Source of the DNA: Octopus sinensis
Taxonomy: Eukaryota
Assembly (NCBI RefSeq): GCF_006345805.1
Contig: NW_021834713.1
Span: 1 to 45,344, forward strand
DNA length: 45,344 nt
Direction: 5' to 3'
Made by a program: the position numbers and the translations under genes. Each line of letters opens with the position of its first letter. Positions within the stretch are counted from its first letter, which is position 1. The notes under the pieces are model-generated. The model was not told the origin of the DNA. It saw only the letters and a program-made list of their open reading frames with translations, and searched no databases. Shown here piece after piece: positions 33,650 through 45,344 of this stretch.

Positions 33650-34475
33650 AGCAGGTTTGCGAGACTTTTACCATCCCCTCTTTTATCCGCTAGCACCACA
33701 GTGTCCAAACGTGGCTCTTAGACGGCGTTCCAGTCGCCCTCTAACACTAAAGGTCGGGACGTTGCTAGCAAAACCTCCAGACGTCTGAAGAAATCTGGCT
33801 GCCCTGTTCCTGTCGGAGAGTAAACAGCCATCAGTATGATGCACCCCGTCATTACTGTTCACATTGAGGACCATTAATTTACCTTCTGGGTTCAACAATA
33901 TAGTCTTTAATCTTGGGATAAAGGCCTCTCTGGATCAACACCGCGGTCCCACCTCCTGTTCCTAGCTGACATGGAAATAAATACATCTTGTATCCACCGA
34001 TAATGGACATGAAAGCTCGTTGTCTGGAGAGTCTGGTTTCACTGATGGCCACGACATCAACAGTTTGTGACCTGAGGTCGTTGAGTAAATGACATTGTTT
34101 CCAGGCCACGTGCATTTAAAATACCTTCTCTGAGCAAGTCCATATAAGATTTAAGATTAAGGTATAGAAGCAGAAAAGGCTACTTACTGCTGAAGTAGTT
34201 CTGTTTTCATCGGTGGTGACGTATTTAGTTTTATCTGTGGTGGTGCTAGTTTCAGCCATAATTGTGTTAGCGAGATTCTACGTGGTGTATATGTATATTT
34301 TAAAATCTGTTCAGGATAGCGCTACGATGGGGAATTAAAGGTATTTCCCTTATTAATTGTTGGAGAAACAAACCAGTTACCGATTTAAGCGGGAGGAGCC
34401 GACAGAGGAAGGCATTCAAAACGAACTTTTAAAACGGTTCTCTACACCTGCAGGTCCGATGTTGACGGCGCCATC
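33650..34475 (-). pseudogene. L1/Tx1-type LINE 5' region with an APE endonuclease fragment
   Basis: LNARGL..LLNDLRSQTVDVVAISETRL..GGGTAVLI..EPEGKLMVLNV; upstream boundary uncertain. Confidence 0.7.
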
Positions 34476-34675
34476 ATGTATGTATGTATGTATGTACGTA
34501 TGTATGTATGTATGTATGTATGTATGTATGTATGTATGTATGTATGTACGTATGTACGTATGTATGTATGTATGTATGTATGTATGTATGTATGTATGTA
34601 TGTATGTATGTATGTATGTACGTATGTACGTATGTACGTATGTATGTATGTATGTATGTATGTATGTATGTTGCA

Positions 34676-35172
34676 TGGTTGAGTCGTCGGCGACTAAACC
34701 GGCAACCCCACCAAGCTTGCTCGGTGAGGAGGGTATTTATTGGACACCCTGCGGGATGAAAAACAAAACCCATCAAAGGGCGGAGGAACTCTTGAGAATC
34801 AACGGCCATCCAATAAATGTCTTAAAGCTGTATCATGCGCGGGGACATAGAAATAATCGGACTGAATACCCGATCGCGCGGTTAAACCATTGGGAGTGAA
34901 GGACTCCTAGCCTTTGTAAGGGCATCCTTCTAGGAGAAGGTTACTCAGGTAACTGGGATAACTCCGGCATAAAACCTGCGGCTCAGTGGTTACCGATGAT
35001 GTTGGCTTGTTCTTCTTTTCGGATTATGGCTGCTGTTGCTTAGTGAGTGGGATTGACTCAGTGCACAGCCTTTCCTCACTTTAAAAAAAATCTTCTTGCG
35101 CAGGCATTGCATGATAACAACATTGATTAAGCTTTGTGCAATGGCCATACTCGATAACGAGGGGTTAGCCAC
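34676..35172 (+). mobile_element. ~500-bp non-coding RTE-related element within (TATG)n
   Basis: RTE-5'UTR-like motifs gtcgtcggcgactaaa and gggcatccttctaggagaagg; (TATG)n on both flanks. Confidence 0.5.
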
Positions 35173-35254
35173 CATGTATGTATGTATGCATGTATGTATG
35201 TATGTATGTATGTATGTATGTATGTATGTATGTATGTATGTATGTATGTATTAT

Positions 35255-36830
35255 ACCCCTCTGATGGTCGCTTCTTGTCCGAGTGGACGAGCTTCCGTTG
35301 ACCAATGACTCTGAGAGCGATGCAGTCGAGTGCTCTAAACTCCTGGTAGGGCCATCCTCGGCGGCCAGGTCGAAGACCAGGACACAGACAAAGTGCAACC
35401 AAACCCCAAAGACTCCAAACGGTGTAACAAGTGGATAATGATTACAACAGATCTCAACGGTTGAACCAGGTTACACATGAAGAAGGCTACACATGACGGA
35501 CATGCTACAGAAGGCGCCACACGAAACTATAACCGGATCAGCGGCAGTCCGTTTCACTTTCCGAACTGGATCCTGCACGTCTCATTTCATATGTGCATCA
35601 GAGGAAGGTCATAAAATTAAGTGTGGGGATCACTTCCTGGCGAGTAGAGATCCATCTTAAAGAAATTCACGCCATCGACACATTCTCCTACTCTGATTTT
35701 CTTTCACCTCCAACCAACTCTTGCAAAGCCAAACGGCAACAGGGAATGGATGACGGGAGCAGGTTTTGGTGAAACTGGAAGCTTCTAGTCCTGAACCTGC
35801 ATGCTGGCGGCGACTGTGTGATGGTCGCCCAACTAAGATCGAATGACTACTTAGAAATCTGGCCCTGCATTCGTGTCTGGGCAAGACTTTTAGGAGTATC
35901 GCTGCCCACTTCAATCGAGGAAAGTCTTAGAAAAGGTGAACTAAACATCAGAAGCCGATATCTCTGCTCGGCTTAGAAACCACAACTGGGGTGGGGGATC
36001 ATTCATCATGTGGTCGAAACAACGAGAAACTTAAGACTACCAATATGATCTTTGGAACATGGAGTGATAGAACTTTTCTCGACAGTGACAACACCGACAG
36101 ACCAGAAAGACGATTTGATCTAGTCTCAAAAAAAAAAACTGGCTAGGCTCAATGAGAACATTGCACCCCTGAGTGAAATACGGCTTTCAGGAGAAGGAAG
36201 ACTCGAAGAAACTGGATCTAGCTACACATTCTTTTGAAAAGGTTGTTTCCGTTTAGTAATTGCGTTTCTTTGTTCACTGAAGTTTTCTCCTAGGTATTCT
36301 TTATGAGTAATAGAGTCTGTGTATATAAGAGTTACGAGTGATAACTGTGTATATAAGAGTTATGAGTAATAGCGGCTGTGTATATATATATAGCAGCTGT
36401 GCATATAAGTGAAAAGAAGAATCCAAGGAATTGATTTTGCTATTTATTAAAACCTACATCATACAAGACTCTCTCGTAACATCAATTTCTATCAACGAAC
36501 GGCTAATGACTCTTCGTTTACTCCTTCCTAAGGAGAATTACATCACTCTCTTTTCTGCTTATGCTACGACACTTCATGCTGATGAAGAAGCAAAGAATCA
36601 ATTTAACCAACAACTAAGTAACATCATCGTCAACATACCACTGAAGGACAAACTGTTGTTATTTGAGGATTTTAATGTAAGGGTAGGGAAGGATCATCGC
36701 CTATACGAAAATGCCATCGGTAGAGAAGGCGTCGAGAATTTCAACTCCAATGGACATCTGCTACAAGGTCTATGCTTGGAATACAATTTAGTCGTCACAA
36801 ATGCAGTTTTGACTTCCAGTTCGCTTCAAA
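35255..36830 (+). pseudogene. RTE-clade LINE 5'UTR and APE endonuclease remnant
   Basis: BovB/Expander-like 5'UTR (cttcttgtccgagtgg..aatgac..ctcctggtagggcc); GTW..RPERR..LSEIRLSGEG..SINERLMTLRL..SAYA..DFNVRVG..NSNGHLL. Confidence 0.9.
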
Positions 36831-36869
36831 ATTTCATCCAGATTAAATATAAACAAGTAGATTAAATAT

Positions 36870-37105
36870 TTTTTTATCCTTTTATTCTTTTACTTGTTTC
36901 AGTCATTTGACTGTGGCTATGCTGCAGCACAGCCTTAAAAGGTTTTAGTGGAAGAAATCGACCCCCAAGACAAATTCTTTGTAAGTTTCTTTCAGTTTCC
37001 GTCTACCAAATCCAATCACAAGGCTGTGGTCGGCCCGAGGCTACAGTAGAAGACACCCGCACAAGGTGCCACGCAGTGGGTCTGAAGCCGGAACCACGTG
37101 ATAAC
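36870..37105 (-). mobile_element. Internally deleted SINE-A with a 12-bp TSD
   Basis: TSD tagattaaatat at 36858-36869 and 37106-37117. Confidence 0.8.
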
Positions 37106-37329
37106 TAGATTAAATATAATTTTCTTTTTTAAATAAATAATGTAAGAAAATTATATATTTGTAACTAAAACAAGAAAATGCTAATTATCAGCACTTTTTT
37201 TTTTTATTATTCTCTGTAAAAAAAAAATTTTTTAATAAAAGTAGAATCAACACACTGTGGTTCCCGCTTTCCTTGGTACCTAAACGTATCCCTATTTTGT
37301 TTAATGCTTAATCAGATAATCAGTGGATA

Positions 37330-37728
37330 TCTTTATATATAAAAGTAAGGTTGTGTGTCTGCCTCCTACGATTTAGATTCCTAACTACTCCCACATTTTG
37401 CGGTGCAGTTTAACCAAAACCGGGTATCTTATAGTCATGATTCATATCGAGCCCTTCTGGGTATTAGCGCGCGTCTACGATGAGTCTACGATTAAAAAAA
37501 AAATGACCATCATTTTTTTTCCATTTTAATGCATTTTTTCGCTATTATATAAGGGAAGTAACTCTCTAAAAATGTCTACGATGAGTCAACGATTTAAAAA
37601 AAAATTTACCATCATTTTTTTTTCCATTTTTAATGCATTTTTTTGCAATTTTTTGGCTATAACTCTCTAAAAATGCTTATATAGTTATTTCCATTACAAA
37701 CCCGAGCAACGCCGGGCGATACTGCTAG
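37330..37728 (+). mobile_element. Non-autonomous Helitron
   Basis: 5' TC, 3' CTAG, subterminal hairpin cccg(a)gcaacgccggg, inserted between A and T; homologous to 42580-43096. Confidence 0.8.
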
Positions 37729-38520
37729 TTGTATATATTTTGTAATCATTAACAATTTACAGCGGAAACATGGATAAGCCTAGATGGTATTGAAAAAGAA
37801 GTTATGAAAGATGAGCTCAGAGTGAAGATTATAGACGAATAAAAATAATGGCGAAAAAATATTAGGGACAAAACCCCTGGTGAGGAGACAATGAAATCAG
37901 GATAGCTGCAAACATGAAAAGTTCTGCTTTATTCATTGTATTTTTTTATATTTCTCAATTTTTGTTTTAATTACTTTTTACTTGTTTTGCATTAGCAACT
38001 TATTTTTATTAACATGAAGTATGTCGGAGTTGTCTCCCCTGATCTCTTCCGTAGTTTAACAGAGTTGTTTCCCTTGATTGCGAAATAAATAAAACTATTA
38101 AAATTTAAGTAATCAAGCTTCAATATTGTTCATCATTAAGATTACTTCGTATTATTGTGGAGGTATTTGACCTTCCACTATTACCGAAAAGGAATTAAAG
38201 TAATAACTAAAAAAAAATAAAGTAAAATACTTGCTATAAACGGTACAAATTCATGCTATTTTATTATCGAGTGCAAAACCACAAAAACATAACATATTGA
38301 CAATTTGGCATCAGCAATACGACGAATCAAAGAACAAGTTATTTAAATACTTTTGAGGTGGTGGACTTCATCTGTCGCTCGGTCTACCAACGCTAGCTTT
38401 CACTTTTGGTGTCTTTAATAAAGTCGACTCTGATACAAGCGTCTAAGCCAGTTCTGCAGTTTGAGGTAACTTTCCTCCTCCCCTCCCCCCCCAGTTTTAC
38501 AGGTTCTGTTAACAGTCTTG

Positions 38521-38732
38521 TTGTTGTTGTTGTTGTTAAGCAATAAGACGGGTAAGGGTGATTGGGTGATGGTCTAGGGCTTAGGGGCGGGAGACCCCAG
38601 ACCTTGGAAAAAAAAAAAAAACTTTGGTCGTCTTGCTATAGTCGAGGGCTCTTCGTTGACGCCCGACACCACTGGGAGGTGGCCCTCGAAGTCGCTGGAA
38701 ATGGAGATCTCCAGGTCCAAATTCTTGAACGG
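38521..38732 (-). mobile_element. Unclassified retro-insertion with (AAC)n tail and a 15-bp TSD
   Basis: ctgttaacagtcttg at 38506-38520 and 38733-38747. Confidence 0.5.
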
Positions 38733-38880
38733 CTGTTAACAGTCTTGGACAACACCGTCCTCTTCTGACTAGAAGATTTTTAAAATATCAATATTCCGCT
38801 CCAAGAATATAGGAATCTGAAATAAAAAATAGAAACAATACAAATCAATGGTGAAGTAACGTTTCCTAAATTTTCAGTTA

Positions 38881-39331
38881 AAGGCAGAACAAGATGCATA
38901 TCGGACAAATTGCCTAGCGACATTTCGTTCGTTTTATGCTCTGAATTCAGATTCCGCCGTGGTCGACTTTACCTTTTATCCTTTCATGGTCAATAAATTA
39001 AGTACCAGTTAGGCACTATGGTCGATATATATTTCTTTACTGCCCACAAGGGGCTAAACGTAGAGGGGACAAACAAGGACAGACAAAGGGATTAAGTCGA
39101 TTACATCGACCCCAGTGCGTAACTGGTACTTTATTTATCGACCCCGAAAGGATGACAGGCAAAGTCGACCTCGGCGGAATTTGAACTCAGAACGTAACGA
39201 AAGACGAAATACCGCTAAATATTTCGTCCGGCGCGCTAACGTTTCTGCCAGCTCGCCGCCTTCTTGTGGTCGATATAATTGACTCGCTCCCACCCCCAAA
39301 AATTCGGGCCTTGTGCCTAGAAAGGATTATT
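38881..39331. mobile_element. Old plus-strand SINE-B containing a young antisense SINE-B (39030-39266)
   Basis: TSD tggtcgatata at 39019-39029 and 39267-39277. Confidence 0.88.
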
Positions 39332-39391
39332 ACGAAAAATAGAAGTAGCGAGCCGGTAGAATCGGTGACGCGTCATGGCAAAATGCTTAGT

Positions 39392-39640
39392 GACATTTCT
39401 TCAGCTTTATATTAACATTCGCTGAGCAACTGATTTCCACAACTGTACACAGTTTCTCAACTCTATTCCAAATCATTATATCATGTCCATTGCGTTTACA
39501 TTTTATTGAGGCTTTCATTGGGGCATTCCACCAGTACTTTTTATTTTGAGTGGCAATGATTTCCACCATACTGTGAGTTCTTATTTCTTTGTCCTCAGGG
39601 TTATCCTTTCATCTGATCTCGTTATATAGTGCCCTAGCTA
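39392..39640 (-). pseudogene. RLE-type LINE fragment starting at (CATA)n
   Basis: ARALYNEIR..KKYWWNAPMKASIKCKRNGHDIMIWNRVEKLCTVVEISCSANVNI. Confidence 0.75.
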
Positions 39641-39713
39641 TGTATGTATGTATGTATGTATGTATGTATGTATGTATGTATGTATGTATGTATGTATGTA
39701 TGTATTCATATAA

Positions 39714-40267
39714 AAATGTTCATGCCGATTTTTAAAGGAAAGGAAAAGGTCAATAAATACTTGCCATTACATTTTTAATCAACCAAATATGAAACATTTT
39801 GTTGCACAATGCGTCTCCATCTTTCCTTCAACTTGAAAATACCCTCTTCCCAGAATCGAGGTGGATTCATGGCAAAGAATTCATCAAGGTATCTTTTTAC
39901 GTCAGCCAAGGAATTGAAATTTTTACCATTAAGACTATTCTGCAGAGACCTGAATAAGTGGAAACTTGAAGGAACAATATCTGTTGAATATGGAGGGTGG
40001 GGTAACACATCCAAGCCGAGCTGCAGCAATTTTTGTCTGGTTCCCAAAGCATCAAGTGCCGAAAATGAACTTTCTTATCTTCCATTTTAAAGGGTTACAG
40101 AATTAACACAGGTTATAGGAACATAAACCTTCTTCCACGAAAAGATAGCTTAAACTGTGCTCTAAATGGAGGTGTAGTTAAATCCTATTTTATAGACTCA
40201 ACCATGTTCTAAAATAAGTCGAAAGGTAAGCTACTATAAATCGGCACGAACTTTCCGGACAACCCAA
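39714..40267 (-). mobile_element. Second copy of the deleted mariner MITE (one TIR truncated)
   Basis: Colinear with 4239-4804, same deletion junction. Confidence 0.9.
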
Positions 40268-41043
40268 TATATATGTATACTGTGTAACGTATGTATGTTG
40301 CTGAACAGCCAGAAGCTGTAGTTTTTCGCCCGGAAAAAATCCCATTAGAGACGTATCGTGTTAATAAAATCACAATGTATTTCAGACGAAACGAAATCTC
40401 TCCGAAAACGGCCATTAGAGTGACAGGTACGTAAATATGTATTGTAGCTTGGCAATGTCTTGTACTCGAGTCACTTCCCAAGCAAGATTGAATCAGCCAG
40501 TCTCAAGTATATAAAGGTTGTATATAAACAATACACTGATTCGGAAAGGGTGACGCATAAGCCGAATAAAATTCTAGTTATGCGATAGAAGCAGTTCTAG
40601 AGTAAAATCCTTATTTATATGACAAACTTCAGTGTCTATAACCGGATTTTGCGTACAAAATTACATTTTACCCAGCAACAGTACACAGGTAATGCGACCT
40701 TTTAGTTGGTTTTGCCGTTGCTCAATGCAAGGCATTCTACTTGGCTGATCATTGAATATTGAATATTAATGTAACGAAGATTCACTAGAGGTCTCCACTG
40801 GAAGAATTGTGAAATTTCTGTGATTTACATGCCATGGCATATATTTTAAACGGTAAATTTATAGATTTAAATGCTCAAAAGCAACATGGTACTTTTCAAT
40901 ATAGACAAAATTTTTGATATTTCAGAGGAACCTGATGGCAACAATCACAGTCTGAATAACAGAAGTGTTCTTGATTTGTACTATTTTTATGATTCACGTA
41001 CCGATTCTAGATATATAGATATATAGGCAAAATTTAGGATAGT

Positions 41044-41345
41044 TTGATTGATTGATTGATTCTAGTTTCAGCTCACGAGCTGTGGCCATGCTGGGGTACC
41101 GCCATTTGGTGTTGCTACATGGTTTTACTTCACGAATGCTTTTTAGCAACTGCCATTTGGTGCATGAGAGAGTTCGATGCAGCTGCCCTCATCTGCACCT
41201 CCTGCCGTGAAGTTGGTTCATCTGGGATACCTGACACGAAAAGATCCAGTTTCAACTGCCAAAAGATAAATTCACTGCAGTTACCGTGGAGAAAATATCT
41301 CTCTTATGGTAAAAAAAAAAAAAGAAGAAAAAAAAGTGTGAAGAC
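41044..41345 (-). mobile_element. Retro-element 3' end with (AATC)n tail, terminus similar to SINE-A
   Basis: Minus strand ggcggtaccccagcatggccacagctcgtgagctgaaactag then (aatc)n; upstream boundary uncertain. Confidence 0.5.
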
Positions 41346-41695
41346 ACCTGGTTTGTTCAGTGTCACTATCTATCAGAAATCCCAGACATTCGAGGTTTCT
41401 TCTTTTTCTTTTTTTTTTTTTTTGACTCTAGTCCATGGGAGGCAACTCCGAACAAACTTATAAAGCAATAGCGTCATGTAAAATTCAGTCAACATTGTTG
41501 ACTGATTTGCGCTGGTACATCACTCCCGATCGAGAAAAATAACGAAATTTTAGCGCTAAGCAGTGTTTAAGCATAAGCAAAATTTAGGTTCTTTAAAATA
41601 TGGTTGCGACACATTTCAACTGTTAAGAGGCAAATTTACTGCAGCTACTGTGAAGAAAATAACTTTCTTATGGTAAACAGGTGTTATGGTAAACA

Positions 41696-42092
41696 GGCGC
41701 AGGAGTGGCCGTGTGGTAAGTAGCTTGCTAACCAACCACATGGTTCCGGGTTCAGTCCCACTGCGTGGCATCTTGGGCAAGTGTCTTCTGCTATAGCCCC
41801 GGGCCGACCAATGCCTTGTGAGTGGATTTGGTAGACGGAAACTGAAAGAAGCCTGTCGTATATATGTATATATATATATATATGTATGTGTGTGTTTGCA
41901 CGTCTGTGTTTGTCCTCCTAGCATTGCTTGACAACCGATGGTGGTGTGTTTACGTCCCCGTCACTTAGCGGTTCGGCAAAAGAGACCGATAGAATAAGTA
42001 CTGGGCTTACAAAGAATAAGTCCTGGGGTCGATTTGCTCGACTAAAGGCGGTGCTCCAGCATGGCCGCAGTCAAATGACTGAAACAAGTAAA
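41696..42092 (+). mobile_element. SINE-A copy (young)
   Basis: Near-identical to the copy at 18283-18687. Confidence 0.92.
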
Positions 42093-42171
42093 GGAGGTGT
42101 GAAGACACCCGGCTTGTTCAGTGTCGCTATCTATCAGCAGCGCAATGAGTCAACCTTCTTCATATATATAC

Positions 42172-42314
<143 letters not shown>

Positions 42315-42320
42315 TATATA

Positions 42321-42584
42321 TTCTTCTTAATCCTTTTTGCCCGGTTTCCTTGGCGTATAGGTTCCCCACCTGGACGGGACGCCGGTCCGTCGCAGGTGAG
42401 CTGCAAGATGCAGGAGGAAAGAGTGAGAGAAAGTTGTGGCGAAAGAGTCAGTAGAAGGTCGTCATTACGCTTCTGCCGGAGCCACGTGAATCTTAGGTGT
42501 TTCGCTCATAAACACACACATCACCCGGTCTGAGATTCGAACCCGCGAATCCGCTGCTCTAACCACTTGGCCATGTGCCTCCAC
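42321..42584 (-). mobile_element. SINE family C (tRNA head, V-SINE-like motif)
   Basis: A box tggccaagtgg, B box gggttcgaatc, motif cctgcgacggaccggcgtcccgtccagg. Confidence 0.7.
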
Positions 42585-43096
42585 TATATATATATAAAAC
42601 TGTAGTTGTGTGAGTGTCTGTCCCCTTCGATTTAGATTCCTAACTACTCCCACATTTTGCGGTGCAGTTTAACCAAATTCGGGTATCTTATAGTCGTGAT
42701 TCATATCGAGCCCGTCTGAGTATTAGCGCGCGTCTACGATGAGTCTACGATTTTAAAAATAATTTAACATCATTTTTTATTCCATTTTAATGCATAATTT
42801 TTCGTGTGTCGATGGCGGCGGAGTTGGCGTCCACGCTCACATCTGCACCTGTTTGCTTCTCCCCCTTCTTCCCTCCCTCGTGAAGCTGTGGGGAAGGGAG
42901 TGTAAGGAAATCAACGTCGTAAAGCGTTGTCAAGGAGACCAGCGTTCTTTTAGAACAACGACTTCATGGCTTGAAGACACCAAAACAGAAATGGCAAAGA
43001 AAGCCCGAATTGGCATCTATAAGGGAAGTAACTCTCTAAAAATGCTTATATAGTTATTTCCCTTACAAACCGAGCAACGCCGGGCGATACTGCTAG
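42580..43096 (+). mobile_element. Non-autonomous Helitron, second copy with a different internal segment
   Basis: Shared 5' ~200 bp and 3' hairpin plus CTAG with 37330-37728. Confidence 0.8.
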
Positions 43097-43110
43097 ATAT
43101 ATATATATAT

Positions 43111-43144
<34 letters not shown>

Positions 43145-43156
<12 letters not shown>

Positions 43157-43305
43157 TTGTGTGTCTGTGTGTTTGTCCCCCAACCAGGCTTGACAGCGCG
43201 ATGATGGTGTGTTTACGTCCCGTAACTTAGTCTTAGGGTCGATTTGTTCGACTCAAGGCGGTGCTCCAGCATGACCGCAGTCAAATGACTGAGACAAATA
43301 AAAAA
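43145..43305 (+). mobile_element. SINE-A 3' half (internally deleted)
   Basis: gtttgtcccc..gcttgaca..ggcggtgctccagcatgaccgcagtcaaatgactga. Confidence 0.75.
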
Positions 43306-43681
43306 TACATACATACATACATACATATATGCTACTATTAATAACTGGGTATTCACTTTGGAATTTTCTCGTAACAGAAACCAATAAATTTTCTGACATG
43401 CAACTGCTGATCGAATTATCATACTCTGTTAGGATTAAATGATTAATTGAAAGATATCATATTTTTTGCAAACTCCAGAATTTTTTTTTTTAAATCATCT
43501 GCTTGCGACTGGAATTCCTTCTTTTCGCCAAAGTGACATAGAGCATTGCTTGAATTGAGTGTTTATCAATTGATATAGAGTGTAATCTATTGTGGTTCTA
43601 TTCTTTGTGAAATGCTGGGCTTAACTTGCTATTTTAAAATTGTATTTTCAAAACAGACACAAAGGTTAAATGATCAGAAGA

Positions 43682-44073
43682 GTAATGAGAGCATTCGGAG
43701 AGCGGAATCCTCCGCCAAAGCAACGCCAACATCCTTTCAACGATTGGCCAGAGATGATTTTTAAAATGAGAATATCTGAAATAAACTTGACTCCTCACAC
43801 AAACGGGAATATTAAAAATGAACCCAACTGCTCTCAAAAATTAAGTAAAAAAAAAACAACAAAAAAAAAAAGGAAAAATTATCCAGAATCCTTGTCCGGT
43901 ACTGGATCGATCCCAAAATCAATCAGTTCATGCCAGCCACGAGATCAAACACCTCTGAAAGTTTCATCCGAATCCATCCTGAGGTTCTTGAGATATCTTG
44001 TCCACGGACAAACAAACAAACAAACAAACACGATTGAAAACAATACTTCCGACTTTGCTAATGCGGAAGTAAT
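43682..44073 (+). mobile_element. Helentron-associated (HINE/DINE-1-like) element
   Basis: 5' cctccgccaa, internal (CAAA)n, 3' hairpin acttccg..cggaagt then aat; architecture typical of HINEs. Confidence 0.6.
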
Positions 44074-45344
44074 AATGAATTAATTCAATTTTAGCTTTTT
44101 TTTTAATCATTTTATTTATGCATTTATTTATTTATTCATTTTATCCTCACAAAATAAATCATTTCGTCACAAAAAAATAAATCATATAAATGTCCGTTAT
44201 AAATGGACGGAAACTATGTTTCATTAATAAATATTAGAATCTCTCTCTAAGGCCGCGGAGTAAGAAGAACACACCAGAAACATGAGACAAGGAAGAAAAT
44301 ATTCTCCACACGGATTTCTCAACAATGACATTCTGTTTAAGGAAACATTTCAATAAGGTAGACTATAAAACACTGAGGTTAAATTTGTTGGCATTTTACA
44401 ACTTTCAACAAGAGTCTTATGAAATTTCAGATGTGTAGTTTGTCTGAAAATATTCAAAGAAAATATAATTTTTCTGATTATGTTTTGAATCATAAAAGTA
44501 TTTAAACGTCAGTGACAATATTCTTTTTTTTTCCTTTTTTCAATGAAATATCTATTAAAGCTTCCTAGTAATTTTATCTTAATTTAAGACAATGAATGTT
44601 GGTTCTGTGGATTGTATCTCTATTTTTTATAATATCCATAAAGTATAAAACGGAAAAATATATACTTGTTTTTAAAAAAAATTACAATAGATATAATAAT
44701 AGAATGAAAATCTTAATTTTTCTTCCTTTATTGTTGTAATGATCGGGATGAAAACAATTCCTAACCGTCAACTTATTTAAATTTCACAACGTTTTAAAAA
44801 TTATAAGAATTGTCAAAAATTCCATATAGATTATTTCTGTGTTACCCAAGCTATTTCCTCCAGGCACCACTATAACTTTCAGATAAATGTATGCTCCACC
44901 GGTGGCATCCGTAAAAAAGATTTATAATTTATCGACTTCTCATAATTATATACTTTCCTTAAAGAAATATCTACACTAAGGCATTAGAAGAGTGCTATAC
45001 TGTAGCAGTCTTCACACAGTTTGCTTGGTTGAAGGGATTGTTTTGGCTAGGCTGAGTACAGATGTAGCATGTTTACTACGAAAGGGGAAAAAAAATGATT
45101 TTCACAATTCCATGTCACGCTAAAAAAAAAAAAAAATTAAAGAAGTGTTGGATCTCAGACCCCGCCACAATTTTCCCAAGCCCCTCTTTGGAAATCACTG
45201 GTTAAGATCATTTTAAAGTTTTACCGTAGCAGCGGAAACGTTTCTGGCATGATATTAAAATTCATTTAAAAAAAAACATTTATCTTCGTTTAAAAAATAT
45301 TAAAATACATTTAAACATATTTCTTGCATCACATAATGTATATT

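Noticed and set aside
38351-38816. Minus-strand first coding exon ending MKSTTSK
   Set aside because: The acceptor is good, but all three frames close early and the donor (aa|gtattt) is weak; cannot be supported as a CDS.
40386-40426. 41-nt candidate exon (tttcag | ... cag | gtacgt)
   Set aside because: Splice-like signals alone are common by chance; no homology or partner exon supports it.

Overview
AT-rich, microsatellite-dense eukaryotic DNA, most likely intronic or intergenic. The SINE complement and repeat landscape suggest an octopus/coleoid cephalopod genome (inference). I cannot support any intact host gene: nearly all listed ORFs are microsatellite translations or decayed transposon fragments. 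The window holds at least four SINE-like families (A: tRNA/CORE-like with an internal microsatellite; B: tRNA head plus Meta-like domain; C; D). It also holds fragments of CR1, RTE, L1/Tx1 and RLE-type (R4/Dong-like) LINEs, Penelope-like termini with hammerhead motifs, mariner MITEs and a mariner pseudogene, a Merlin-like MITE, Helitrons and a Helentron-type element. Best leads: (1) SINE-B forms head-to-tail 184-185 bp multimers with one invariant junction (11 junctions at 6 loci) and shares its 3' tail with an L1/Tx1-type LINE. This points to a self-targeting or circular/multimeric-template retro-element. (2) A hammerhead-like fold with a G3:C8 swapped core sits in a TSD-flanked palindromic insertion, and a second, permuted hammerhead-like motif has conserved spacing in two diverged elements. 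(3) An RLE-LINE family appears to target (CATA)n microsatellites. Family names rest on recalled motifs, not database searches. Boundaries are approximate unless a TSD or TIR is quoted.
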